A DNA stretch of 64,000 nucleotides. Origin: Octopus sinensis (lineage: Eukaryota). A model generated the notes under the pieces. The model did no database searches and was not told the origin of the DNA. It was given only the letters and a program-made list of their open reading frames with translations. A program made the position numbers and the translations under genes. The stretch is from assembly GCF_006345805.1 (NCBI RefSeq), contig NC_043022.1:21886001-21950000 (forward strand), read 5' to 3'. Positions 13,073 to 24,424 of the stretch are shown here, piece after piece (the first letter of the stretch is position 1; every line of letters begins with the position of its first letter).

Positions 13073-14520
13073 GTCTTTCATAGAAACATACCTCCCACAC
13101 AGCAGTGGATACACTAGGATGTGTGTGTGTGTGTGTGTGTGTGTGTATGCACAGATGTGCAGTTGCATGTGCATGTTCACTCTTCTTACCCGCCCTACCT
13201 ACTCCTTGCTGTTGACTATATATAATTGGGTTATACTAACAGACATATAGCTTCCCCCAAAAGATAATTACAGCAAATTACATAGATGATGATGGTGGTG
13301 TTGGTGGTTTTAGTGTTGGCAGAAGTGATTATAATGAAAGAAAGTGAATATGTTTGGCTTGTCTCTCTTGCCCTCTGCCTTTGCTTCCTTCTTCCTCCTA
13401 TATCTATCAACTCCATTGGGTCTGGGGTCTGGTTATCCATCTACTCATCCGGCCATTTATCCACTCACCCATCTTTCTCTGTCTGTCTGTCTGTCTCTCC
13501 GTGTATGTGTTTAACTACAGCTGCCTTCATTCAGTCTTAGCCTTGAAAAATGAAGCTAGCCTGATATTTATCTTTGCAACACACACCCATTCCACCATAA
13601 TCAACAAAAAGTCAGTCAGAGAAGTTCTGGGCTAAAAGAAACACTCGTGATTCATGCTGCACGTGTTGGGAGCAGCTGGAGGTAGACCAACAAGGCATAC
13701 ATACGTAAAAAGTTTATTGAAAACTTTTGCAGAGATCTCATGTCTTGTTTAAGTTAGCTTGTTTGATGGTAATGCATGAAAACACACACATACACACACA
13801 CACATCTAGTGCTTGAGGGGTAAAGGGATGCAGAGATAGAGGGGTGATTATGAGGCTGGTAGTGGTGATGATGTCTGTGTTAGAGTGATGAGGCATGATT
13901 GTGGTGGTGGTGGTGAGGGTAGGGCGAAAGTATATCTGCAGGCTCCTTGTCAAAAGGTAACATAACTCTTTTTTTCTTTCTGTTTATCTTACTCTGCACC
14001 CAGCGAGCTATAGCCATCCTGGTATCTATATATTCCCTGCCTCCCTCTACAGATAAACTATGTTGCAACAAGATGTCCCAAATTTTCTTATCTCTGAATA
14101 CTAGACTCCTTTCAAATATTAAGAACAGTAAATAGTTTTCATTTATCTATTTATTTAACTTTAAATAAAACCGGCTTTCATGTTTAGAAGAAAAGTTTGG
14201 TTGTTTTAATATATACCTTGAGCAAGAAATGGCCACCCCAAGCTTTCTAAATGAAATTTGGTAGGAGGAAACTTAAAAAACAAAAAAACTAATCAGATGA
14301 ACTAAAGCTGGGCTCTCAACCATTTTTTACCTAATGATCCCTTTGATTACTATTTTATTCTGATGAACCCTCATAGCCACTATGTATAGTCCTCATTATA
14401 TGGTTAATGGTGGTAGGTAATTTAAAGGTAAAAACCGTGGCTTAATATATATAGATAAGAGAAGAAACGGTGCAATAATTAACAATGAGAAATGGATCAT
14501 TGGTGTCGAAAAGTCATTAT

Positions 14521-14912
14521 TTACTCTTTTACTTGTTTCAGTCATTTGACTGCGGCCATGCTGGAGCACCGCCTTTAATCAAGCAACTCGACCCCGGGAC
14601 TTATTCTTTTTGTAAGCCCAGTACTTATTCTATCGGTCCCTTTTGCCGAACCGCTAAGTAACGGGGACATAAACACCAGCATTGGTTGTCAAGCAATGCT
14701 AGGGGGACAAACACAGACACACAAACATACACACACATATATATATACATATATATATGACAGGCTTCTTTCAGTTTCCGTCTACCAAATCCACTCACAA
14801 GGCATTGGTTGGCCCGGGGCTATAGAAGAAGACACTTGCCCAAGGTGCCACGCAGTGGGACTGAACCCGGAACCATGTGATTGGTTAGCAAGCTACTTAC
14901 CACACAGCCACT
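14521..14912 (-). mobile_element. SINE family A copy
   Basis: Reverse complement of family A. Confidence 0.88.
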
Positions 14913-15194
14913 CGAATTTGGAACATTGACAGCTGTTTCTGTTTACCTCGTTAAATTTAATGACCAACTTCAGAGAGGTTAAAATAAGCGTCTAAGGGAT
15001 AGCAGTATCCATTACACTTCCGGTACATTACCTATGTTTAACTATGAGCGTACATATGCAAGCATATTATGCACATAAATTATAGGTAATGATGAGGATA
15101 AACGGGAGTTTATCAAGAATCACAATTGAGAGAAAAGAGAAAATGAACAACAATTGGTTTACATAAATTATTATTATTTATTGATTTGTATAGT

Positions 15195-15550
15195 GACAGT
15201 GTGACTGTGGCCATGCTGGAGCACTGCCTTTAGTTGAACAAATTGACCTCAGGACTTATTCTTTGTAAGCCTAGTACTTAATTTGTCAGTTCCTTTTGCT
15301 GAACCGTTAAGTTATGGGGACATAAACACACCAACATCTGTTATGTGATGGTGATGGTGGTGGGGGACAAACACACATACACACACAGAGTGAGACATGT
15401 ATACATATATATATATGATGGGCTTCTTTCAGTTTTCGTGTACCAAATCCACTACTATAGCCTTGAGCCTTGGTGAGCCCAAGGTGTCACACAGTGGGAC
15501 TGAACCCAGAACCATGTGGTTGGGAAGCAAGCTTCTTAACCACACAGCCA
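15195..15550 (-). mobile_element. SINE family A, older degraded copy
   Basis: Reverse complement of family A with many substitutions. Confidence 0.75.
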
Positions 15551-16311
15551 TACCTGATCAAATCCACTGAAAAGGCTTTGGTCAGCCTGTGACGATATTA
15601 GATGTTTGCCCAATGTGCCACGCAGTGGTTGTGAGCCTGAAACTACAGCCACTCCTATACATTTTTTTTAATCGGTTAAGTTTATGAAAATTATTTGTTG
15701 GTTGAAAGTTTTGTTTATGGCACTTATGAAAGTGATGAGTGCCATACACGAAGCTCTTAGCTGTTGCTACACTTTAGTATAATAATTACCAAGCATGAAA
15801 CTCTTGGCTCTTCAATCACATTTACGGATGTCTAGTGGTTATGAAATATAGACGTATTTTTGTGTATGTGTTTGTGCACGAAAAAGAAAAACAATTCTGA
15901 AAATCCACATTAGACCAGATCCAAACATATCTCTTAACAAAATGCTTTTAAACTATTTCGTGAGAATTGTCCGCCAAAAGGATGTAGAGTGCTGATTCTG
16001 AAAACACGCAAAACACATTGGACAACCTCAAGGAGTCCCATTAGGAGATGGCTTTGAGGAAACAATAAGAATTAACAGCTGTTATAGCTGTCAACATGCA
16101 AATCCATACTCCCAGTGATAAACAAGAGAGTTTGCTTCAAGTGTATAGGTTCGTGAGGCCAGATTTTATCTGAATTTCCAAGGTATTTAGGATGCGATTA
16201 AAAGATTACTTGCTGAAAAGGATACCAGTCTGTTACAGGAGTGTCCACTGCCTTCCTCTATGCCACTGGTACTTATTTACTACTATACCACTTGCCTTCC
16301 AATGAAAAAGG

Positions 16312-16636
16312 AAGTGGCTGTGTGGTAAGTACCTTGTTTACCAACCACATGGTTCCGGGTTCAATCCCACTGCGTGGCACCTTGGGCAGGTGTCTTCTAC
16401 TATAGCCTCGGGCCGACTAAAGCCTTGTGAGTGGATTTGGTAGACCGAAACTGAAAGAAGCCTATCGTATATATGTGTATATAACATTAACATCGTTTAA
16501 CGTCCGTTCTCCATGCTAGCATGGGTTGGACGGTTCGACCGGGGTTCTGGGAAGCCAGAAGGCTGCACCAGGCTCCAGTCTAATCTGGCAATGTTTCCAC
16601 AGCTGGATGCCCTTCCTAACGCCAACCACTCCGTGA

Positions 16637-16677
<41 letters not shown>

Positions 16678-16885
16678 TGTGTCTGTGTTTGTCCCCCTAG
16701 CATTGCTTGACAACTGATGTTGGTGTGTTTATGTCCCCGTTACTTAGCGGTTCGGCAAAAGAGACCAATAGAATAAGGTACTGGGCTTACAAAAGTATAA
16801 GTCCCGGGGTCGAGTTGCTCGATTAAAGGCGGTGCTCCAGCATGGCCGCAGTCAAATGACTGAAACAAGTAAAAGAGTAAAGAGT
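16312..16885 (+). mobile_element. SINE family A copy interrupted by an RTE 3'-tail insertion (about 16488-16640, minus)
   Basis: Head at 16312-16480, nested tail, second half resumes after the (TA)n tract. Confidence 0.85.
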
Positions 16886-17043
16886 AAAACATATAGATGT
16901 TCTTTGGTTTAGTTAAAGTTGTCGTAAAGAGCAGGTTAAAGTCCATAACTTAGTGTTCCTTAACTGTTGCTCGTCAACTCCTGCAGGAAAAACAGAAGCA
17001 GGGAGTGAAAAGAAAGGACTTGGTGTAGTTGTTTGTGTGGGGC

Positions 17044-17760
17044 TCTCATACAATGTGACCAAATGAGGTTTATTTTTCAACACAGTAGCCCTTGTGGTTC
17101 ACACTCTTCTTCTATCAGTGTTGCAGTGCTTGGATCCCATTGCTGAAGAAGGTGTCATTATTATCATCATCATCATCATTTAGCGTCCGCTTTCCATGCT
17201 AGCATGGGTTGGACGGTTCAACTGGGGTCTGTGAAGCCAGAAGGCTGCATCAGGCTCAGTCTGATCTGGCAATGTTTCTACGGCTGGATGCCCTTCCTAA
17301 CGCCAACCACTCCGTGAGTGTAGTGGGTGCTTTTTACGTGCCACCCGCACAGGTGCCAGACGGAGCTGGCAAACGGCCACGGACGGATGGTGCTTTTTAC
17401 GTGCCACTGGCAGTAAAAAACGTCATCAATAGCAGATATGGTGTCATCAGTTCGATACTGCATCCCAACCAAGTGATATTTTTGTGTTGGGGAATACATC
17501 ATAGTCAGATAGGTCCAAAACAAGAGAATAGAGAAGGTGGTCAACCAGTTCAAAGCCACAGTTATGTGCAGTAGCCATTGAAATGAAGGACTTGTGTGCT
17601 GGAGCATTGTCCTGATGAAACAAGACCCCTTTCGTCTTTTTTCTGGGCATTTGGTGTTTATAGCCCTTCGTAACTGCCACAGCAGATTGATATGATACTC
17701 CCCATTGATGCAGTGTGGCCTTTTTTGAAGATAGTCGATAATCACAATGCCTTTTGCACC
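17044..17760 (-). mobile_element. Mariner remnant (catalytic region) split by an RTE-tail insertion
   Basis: DYLQK...INGEY...L..LR.AI; GVLFHQDNAPAHKS...GFELVDH..YS.DL..YDVFPN. Confidence 0.85.
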
Positions 17761-18006
17761 CCCCCCCCCCAAACTAAACAAAAAATACTGAGGCTGTTAT
17801 CTTCCCTGCAAATGTAATGACAGGTAAGGAGGGATCCAACTATATATGCTGGGGACTTATTTCCCTTTATCAACCATTAAGGTAGTACTTGGTGGTTTTT
17901 GAGTTGTTTTAAGTCTTATTTCTAGCAATAGTAGTGCTAGTCAGTACCCTCTGTCACTTTTGTGGCCTCTCTCTCTGTATGTATGTATGTATATATATAT
18001 ATAAAG

Positions 18007-18205
18007 TTAATCCAAACATGAAAACAGAAAGAGAAAACACAACAACTCGAGGACGTGGAACAAGTATAGTATTATTGGATGCTCAGCAAAGAAGGATGGT
18101 TTAACGTTTTGAGCGGAGCGCTTCGTCAGAAACATAAGAAAAAGAAAGATCCAAAGAAGGGAAGACGGAGGGAAAAAATCGCCAACTGTACACACGCGGT
18201 CTTGG
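18007..18205 (-). mobile_element. Short Penelope-like terminal repeat carrying a degenerate hammerhead motif
   Basis: Pyrimidine-rich leader, HHR-like core at 18099-18135, ends in a TA microsatellite. Second copy at 46357-46500. Confidence 0.65.
18099..18135 (-). ncRNA. Minimal type I hammerhead ribozyme motif, degenerate (G12A and a stem II mismatch)
   Basis: AUGUUU-CUGACGA-A-GCGC-UCC-GCUC-AAAA-CGUU-AAAC. Confidence 0.55.
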
Positions 18206-18394
18206 ATTGTATAAGTAGTGTGAGTAGCTCCTTCCATATCTTGGTTTCACAAAAGAATTTGAAGAAAGTGACACCATAAATGTGGCCATTGTTGACCAAA
18301 TTTATTTGAAAATTTCACAAAATTCCGTCCCTAACAGATGAGAAGCATAATTGTTGGTTAAGTGTTCTAATTCATCTTTTTCTTTTCGTTGCAG

Positions 18395-18451
18395 AAGTAT
18401 CCACCAGTAACCAAGGCCTGGCACAACATCCCAAACAAATTTCCACCTTCA
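18395..18451 (+). CDS. CUB-domain membrane protein, candidate upstream coding exon (phase 1-1; (E)VSTSNQGLAQHPKQISTF)
   Basis: Polypyrimidine tract ending ttttcgttgcAG, donor A|GTAAGT, 57 nt, open in the phase that joins the 21832 exon. Confidence 0.65.
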
Positions 18452-18724
18452 GTAAGTTTCACTTTGTACATTCTTCCATATTTATGGTCTTGGTGTGAGC
18501 AGCAATAAAACCTGTTTATCAGGAGGGAATATAGTTGCTTAAGATAACCCCAATTCATGGTATCTGTTGTTATATTAACGTAGTAGTAATTCTTGAGATT
18601 GTTATTCTTCTCATCATCATCCTTCCATATTTTCCTCTTCCACTTATCACTCTATTATCACACAAAGATGAGACATGCCAACAAAATAGAAATATAATTA
18701 TACTCTCCCTCATTCTTTCAGGCT

Positions 18725-19032
18725 AATTAAATGTTTTTTGTTTGTTCCTTCTCGAGCCATGCCTGGCTCATAAGGGCTGGTTTCTTGGCGTATAGGTTCT
18801 CCGCCTGGACGGGACGCCAGTCCATCGCAGGTGAGCTGCAAGATGCAGGAGGAAAGAGTGAGAGAAAGTTGTGGTGAAAGAGTCAGCAGAAGTTTCGCCA
18901 TTACCTTCTGCCGGAGCCATGTGGAGCTTAGGTGTTTCGCTCATAAACACACACGTCGCCCTGTCTGAGATTCGAACCCGCAATCCCTCGACCGCGAGTC
19001 CGCTGCTCTAAACACTAGGCCATGTGCCTCCA
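18725..19032 (-). mobile_element. SINE family C (tail type ii, V-domain-like cctgcgatggactggcgtcccgtccagg)
   Basis: Same head and body as 20963, different 3' half. Confidence 0.8.
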
Positions 19033-19252
19033 CAAATGTTTCTTTGGTATTTCATGTTCTATCTGCAGTGTATCATTTTCTACGACACTATTTTTTTGTA
19101 TAGTTTTATACACTAACACAGTGATTAACAAATACAGTGGTGTAGAGCACTAATTTGTCGTTAAGGTGCACCATGGTATTTTGTAAATCCATGCTAATGT
19201 TTAAGTTTGATAGAGAAGCCTGATTAATAAAAAAAACATAACCAATATGTTT

Positions 19253-19650
19253 AGGCGTAGGAGTGGCTGTGTGGTAAGTAGCTTGCTTACGAACCACATG
19301 GTTCCGGGTTCAGTCCCACTGCGTGGCACCTTGGGCAAGTGTTTTCTACTATAGCCTCGGGCCGACCAAAGCCTTGTGAGTGGATTTGGTTGACGGAAAC
19401 TGAAAAAAGCCCGTCGTATATATGTATATATATATATCTGTGTGTGTTTGTGTGTCTATGTTTGTCCCCCCAACATCGCTTGACAACTGATGCTCGTGTT
19501 TACACGTCCCCGTAACTTAGCGGTTCGGTGAAAGAGACCGATAGAATAAGTACTAGGCTTACAAAGAATAAGTCCTGGGGTCGAGTTGCTCGACAAAAGG
19601 CGGTGCTCCAGCATGGCCACAGTCAAATGACTGAAACAAGTAAAAGAGTA
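19253..19650 (+). mobile_element. SINE family A copy
   Basis: Full head-to-tail match to family A. Confidence 0.9.
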
Positions 19651-20015
19651 ATAGTTTTTTCTATAAAATTTCAAACTTTTCAACTTTAAAACAGAGTCAA
19701 AACGATTCTGAACCACTGAGATAACCACACAATTGAACTTATTGGACACATCAGATGTAACAACACAATGCCAGCTTTTGTTCATTTGATGACGAAGATG
19801 ATTAATAGCACTTGTTTTAGGGAGAGGCATTGGAAGAAAATCCTGGACTATTGACCTAAAACAACATCAGGACTGACAACAATATTAAAAGATAGTAGTG
19901 AATCTTCAGTAAAATCAACTTAGATGTACTTTAATCACACCCTAACACAAAACAAATTGATGGTCGTCAGATCAAGTAGAAGTCATCATAGCAAAAAAAA
20001 TTAGCGTGTTCTGTC

Positions 20016-20053
<38 letters not shown>

Positions 20054-20054
20054 T

Positions 20055-20462
20055 GTCTCTTTTTACTTGTTTCAGTCATTTTGACCGGCCATGCTGGAGC
20101 ACCGCCTTTAATCGAGCAACTCGACCTCGGGACTTATTCTTTGTAAGCCCAGTACTTATTCTATTGGTCTCTTTTGCCAAACCGCTAAGTGACGAGGACA
20201 TAAACACGCCAGCATCGGTTGTCAAGCAATGCTAGGAGGAGAAACACAGACACAAAAACATACACGCACATACATATATATACATATATACATATACACG
20301 ACGGGCTTCTTTTAGTTTCCGTCTACCAAATCCACTCACAAGGCTTTGGTCGGCCCGAGGCTATGGTAGAAGACACCTGCCCAAGGTGCCACGCAGTGGG
20401 ACTGAACCCGGAACTATGTTGTTGGTAAACAAGCTACTTACCACACAGCCACTCCTGCGCCT
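20055..20462 (-). mobile_element. SINE family A copy, inverted relative to 19253-19650
   Basis: Reverse complement match to family A. Confidence 0.9.
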
Positions 20463-20920
20463 ATGGTGTATTGTTCTTTTTAAATGTCTGAACGCCAACA
20501 GTCTGTAATACTAGTAATGCCAGACACAACTAACTGCAGGTGGTCGTACTATTATAGCATTTGAGTCATTTCCTTTTTTTAGTTCATTTTATATTTAGTT
20601 AAGTTGTCAGTTTTTATTGAAGCCTCTTGTTAAAATATAAATAACTCTGAGACGCAATCTGCATGGAAAGCAAAAGTAGTTTTAACTTTAATACAGGGTG
20701 CATTAAAATATTAACTAAAAATAATTGTGAGTTGAAGCAAATTAGATAAGACAGATGAGTATATTATAGTTAGGGTTAACATATTTAATACAGTCTAACT
20801 TGAAATAAATGTGACAGAGATAGATAGGTAGATAAATAGATTGATAAGTAGATAGATAGGTAGACATAGAGAGAGACAAAGAAATAAATAGGTATGTGGT
20901 TATATGTATATATATGTATG

Positions 20921-20962
<42 letters not shown>

Positions 20963-21185
20963 GAGGCACAATGGCCCAGTGGTTAGGGCAGCGGACTCGC
21001 AGTTGTAGGATCACGGTTTCGATTCCCAGACCAAGCGTTGAGTGTTTATTGAGCGAAAACATCCAAAGCTGCATGAGGCTCCGGCAGGGGGTGGTGGCAA
21101 TCCCTGCTGTACTCTTTAACCACAACTTTTTCTCACTCTTTCTTCTGTTGGCCTGCTTGCTTAGCCAGCGGTGTAGCGTCATTTG
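20963..21185 (+). mobile_element. tRNA-derived SINE family C (head plus tail type i)
   Basis: A-box TGGCCCAGTGG, B-box GGTTTCGATTCC, body gagtgtttattgagcgaaaac...ctgctgtactctt. Confidence 0.82.
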
Positions 21186-21251
21186 TAGCAACATCTGATA
21201 TATATATATATATATTAATATTATATTGTGTGTGTGTGGTGTGTGTAGCCA

Positions 21252-21590
21252 TCTACATGGCTCAGTGGTTAGAGCGTTGAGCTTATGATTGTGAGGTTGT
21301 GAGCTCGAATCCTGGACCAGGCTGTGTGTTGTGTTCTTGAGCAAGACACTTTATTTCACATTGCTCCAGTTGACTCAGCTGTAGAAATGAGTTGCGACAT
21401 CACTGGTGCCAAGCTGTATCGGCTGTTGCCTTTCCCTTGGATAACACTGGTGGCATGGAGAGGCCAGTATGCATGGGCGACTGCTGGTCTTCCATAAACA
21501 ACTTTGCCCGGACTTGTGCCTGGGAGGGTAACGTTCTAGGTACAATCCCATGGTCTGTGTCGTGACCAAAGGGGGCCTCATCGTATCCAT
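21252..21590 (+). mobile_element. tRNA-derived SINE family E
   Basis: A-box TGGCTCAGTGG, B-box gagctcgaatcc, ttgagcaagacacttta core-like segment. Confidence 0.75.
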
Positions 21591-21831
21591 CTACATATCC
21601 ATGTCTGTCTATCTACCCTAGACTTGTTTCAGTCTTATGACCCCATTTGTTTTTGTGTTGGTAAATACAAATCCACTACAAGCATTTCTCATAAGGAAAT
21701 GTTAGTTATAGTAAACTGGTGTCCTATTTATTTTCCATCTTAATTGTGTATTGGGGCAGAAAACTACCTTCCTCATTGCTATATTTGAATAATAGATAAA
21801 GAATTTTATCGTTTGTTTCTCTCTCTTCCAG

Positions 21832-22027
21832 ATCGGTCCCACACCATGCTGCAACAATCCTACATACGATCAACTGATTTCTCATTAAAACGTGGTTTAG
21901 TGACCACCATACGGTGGGAGTTTGTCGATGATTATGGAATATGGGGAGTTATGTTTGATTCCTTCTCCATCCCATACACTGATGACTGCACCTCAGACTA
22001 CTTCTCAATTTGGGATGCATCCGGACG
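21832..22027 (+). CDS. CUB-domain membrane protein, exon encoding the first half of the CUB domain (RSHTMLQQSYIRSTDFSLKRGLVTTIRWEFVDDYGIWGVMFDSFSIPYTDDCTSDYFSIWDASG)
   Basis: Acceptor ctctcttccAG, donor G|GTCAGT. W-x-F...F-x-x-F...C-x-x-D-Y-x-x-I-x-D pattern matches the CUB consensus. Ends in phase 2. Confidence 0.85.
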
Positions 22028-22457
22028 GTCAGTACATTTTTACTATTTTTCACCACCTCTTCTCAAAGGATATACCTTTGCAAACTAATACATGTATGCA
22101 TCTGCATGCTCACACTCTCTTTCTCTAGCGTGCGTGCGCGCGCACACACACACACACACACACACATACACACACATCTCAAAAGAACTGCTCTTTTGCT
22201 TGCTGAGAATATCTGGGTTTATAATCTCATTAGTATTAATATTTCAATAATTACAACATATAGAAATGGTGTTTCTGGAAAAATATAATAAAGCATTATA
22301 ATCAAAAATATCCTGTTTTGATTAAATACAAAAGTTTGAATATTGTTACTTACTTTATTAATTGAATTAATATATACCGTCCTGTTATATACTATATAAA
22401 CCTCGTATATAATATAGTTACATCAATATTATTTTTTAAATATCGTTTATTTTTCAG

Positions 22458-22600
22458 CTGTAATAAACTAAAGATTTGTGGTGACAGCATACCTGAGAAG
22501 TTTATATCTTGTAGCTCAAAGATTTTTGTTGAGTACCATTCTGATTCTCCAGGAGACACCACAAACTTTAAATTCAGAGTTGAGCCTGGGCTTAATAAAG
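22458..22600 (+). CDS. CUB-domain membrane protein, exon encoding the second half of the CUB domain (CNKLKICGDSIPEKFISCSSKIFVEYHSDSPGDTTNFKFRVEPGLNK)
   Basis: Acceptor ttttcAG, donor AAG|GTAAAC, phase 2 to 1. CG-x-x-x-P...S-x-S...Y-x-SD...F-x-F pattern completes the CUB domain. Missed by the ORF track. Confidence 0.88.
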
Positions 22601-22809
22601 GTAAACCAAAATTTCTGAATTGTCTACTCCTTTTTCTAAAAACCAAACTTCTCCACTACACACTTTTTTCTTAGTGACCCCCAGAAGCTCATTCCTAATT
22701 CTGAGATACATTTTAAAATCTGAAGCTGTTTAGCCCTTTGTAAGAACTGAAACCCTTTTCCAAAGGCTTAAACTCTTTTAACTTAGCTGTTTTCTGTTTA
22801 ATCTTTTGA

Positions 22810-23230
22810 TCTTGATCGATCAACATCAATGGAATTTGTAGCTGTGATACCAGTGCCGGTGGCACGTAAGAGAACCATCCGAACGTGGCCGTAGCCAGCG
22901 CCGCCCTAACTGGCCTCTGTGCCGGTGGCATGTAAAAAGCACCATCCAACCGTGGCCGTTTGCCAGCCTTGTCTGGCACCTGTGCCGGTGGCACGTAAAA
23001 AGCACCATCCAATCATGGCCGTTTGCCAGCCCCGTCTGGCACCTGTGCTGGTGGAACGTAAAAAGCACCCACTACACTCTCGGAGTGGTTGGCATTAGGA
23101 AGGGCATCCAGCTGTAGAAACTCTGCCAAATCAAGATTGGAGCCTGGTGCAGCCATCTGGTTCACCAGCCCTTAGTCAAAATCGCCCAACCCATGCTAGC
23201 ATGGAAAGCGGACGTTAAACGATGACAATG
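22810..23230 (+). mobile_element. 5'-truncated RTE 3' UTR with internal ~53-bp tandem units and a (GAT)n tail
   Basis: 22820-22890 is the reverse complement of 46540-46610. Ends ggttggcattaggaagggcatccagc...ggaaagcggacgttaaacgatga. Confidence 0.85.
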
Positions 23231-23524
23231 ATGAGTTTAATAATTTAGCATGGCTATAATATAGGTGCATGAATGATATGTAAATGCAGACAAGGCTGTG
23301 TAGTTGAGAAGTTCATTTCCTAACTATATGCTTTTGGGTTCTGTTACACTGCATTATTGAGGAAGAGAAGAGACTTTTATGGGTTTATTTCTAACAATAT
23401 ATAGAACTTTCTCTTCTCTTTCTTAATAATGAATTTATAACATGAAATTACCATACCCCATTCTTTTTCTCACAGTGACTATATTGAGTCGACCCCTTGC
23501 ACTTACTCATTGATTATTTACTGC

Positions 23525-23830
23525 GCCGGTGGCACATAAAAAGCACCATCCGAATGTGGCCGATGCCAGTGCCGCCTTGACTGGCTTCTGTGCCGGTGGC
23601 ACATAAAAAGCACGTGGCCGCTGCCAGACTCCCCTGGCACCTGTGCCGGTGGCACGTAAAAAGCACCCACTACACTCATGGAGTGGTTGGCGTTAGGAAG
23701 GGCATCCAGCCGTAGAAACATTGCCAGATCAGACTGGGCCTGGCGCAGCCTCCAGGCTTCCCAGACCCCAGTTGCACCGTCCAACCCATTCCAGCATGGA
23801 AAGCGGACGCTAAACGATGATGATGATGAT
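23525..23830 (+). mobile_element. RTE 3'-tail copy flanked by an ~89-bp direct repeat. Other copies: about 1465-1700(-), 2160-2330(+), 5795-6030(-), 11090-11560(-), 17165-17410(-), 29910-30105(-), 35180-35275(+), 53490-53925(+), 55295-55610(+), 59635-59795(-)
   Basis: Shared sequence and (GAT)n/(CAT)n tails. Confidence 0.88.
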
Positions 23831-24424
23831 ATAACATGAAATTACCATACCTCATTCTTTTTCTCACAGTGACTAAATTGATTCGACCCCTTGCACTTTC
23901 TCATGGATTATTTACTGCCATTGGCAATCTGCATTCCTTTGCTTGTCTTATTTAAGATTTTACCTCTCACTATTATGTAAGCCCCTTTTTTTATGGGTAA
24001 TCGAGAGGAGGAAAAGCAGTGTCCATGACATTTGCAGGATGTTTTAAAATCTAGAAGATTGATGAGGTTGATGTTTTGTTAGAAATGTTTGCAGGAAAAA
24101 ATATAAATGAGAGAAATTCCAGAAAAAATAGCACTCTCAGGATGATGGAGTGTGAAAATATAAAATAGCGGTTATTGTGAGACCTAACTAGATAAGGCAT
24201 AAAGTGGAGGACGGATGGCACTGTAAGTTACATGGGTGTGCAGATAGCTAGGTTAGATGAGTAGAGTCTGTTGCAGTTGTGGTAGAAGAGTCAGCTAGAT
24301 GAAACTGTGTTGGCCGGGTTGTAGAAGTTGTAGAAAAGTCGTTGGCAGAAAAACAAAACAAAACAATAGTTCTGTGAGACAGTGGTTGTTCTTTGTTGGA
24401 GAGTGAATATTTGTAATATATATT

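Noticed and set aside
13947-14135. Hydrophobic ORF resembling a signal peptide (MSKGNITLFFFLFILL...)
   Set aside because: Starts at TTG, its hydrophobicity comes from a polypyrimidine tract, and no in-phase donor links it to the CUB exons
15014-15024. ACTTCCGG ETS-like motif as a promoter for the CUB gene
   Set aside because: A single short motif; no supporting CpG island or first exon identified
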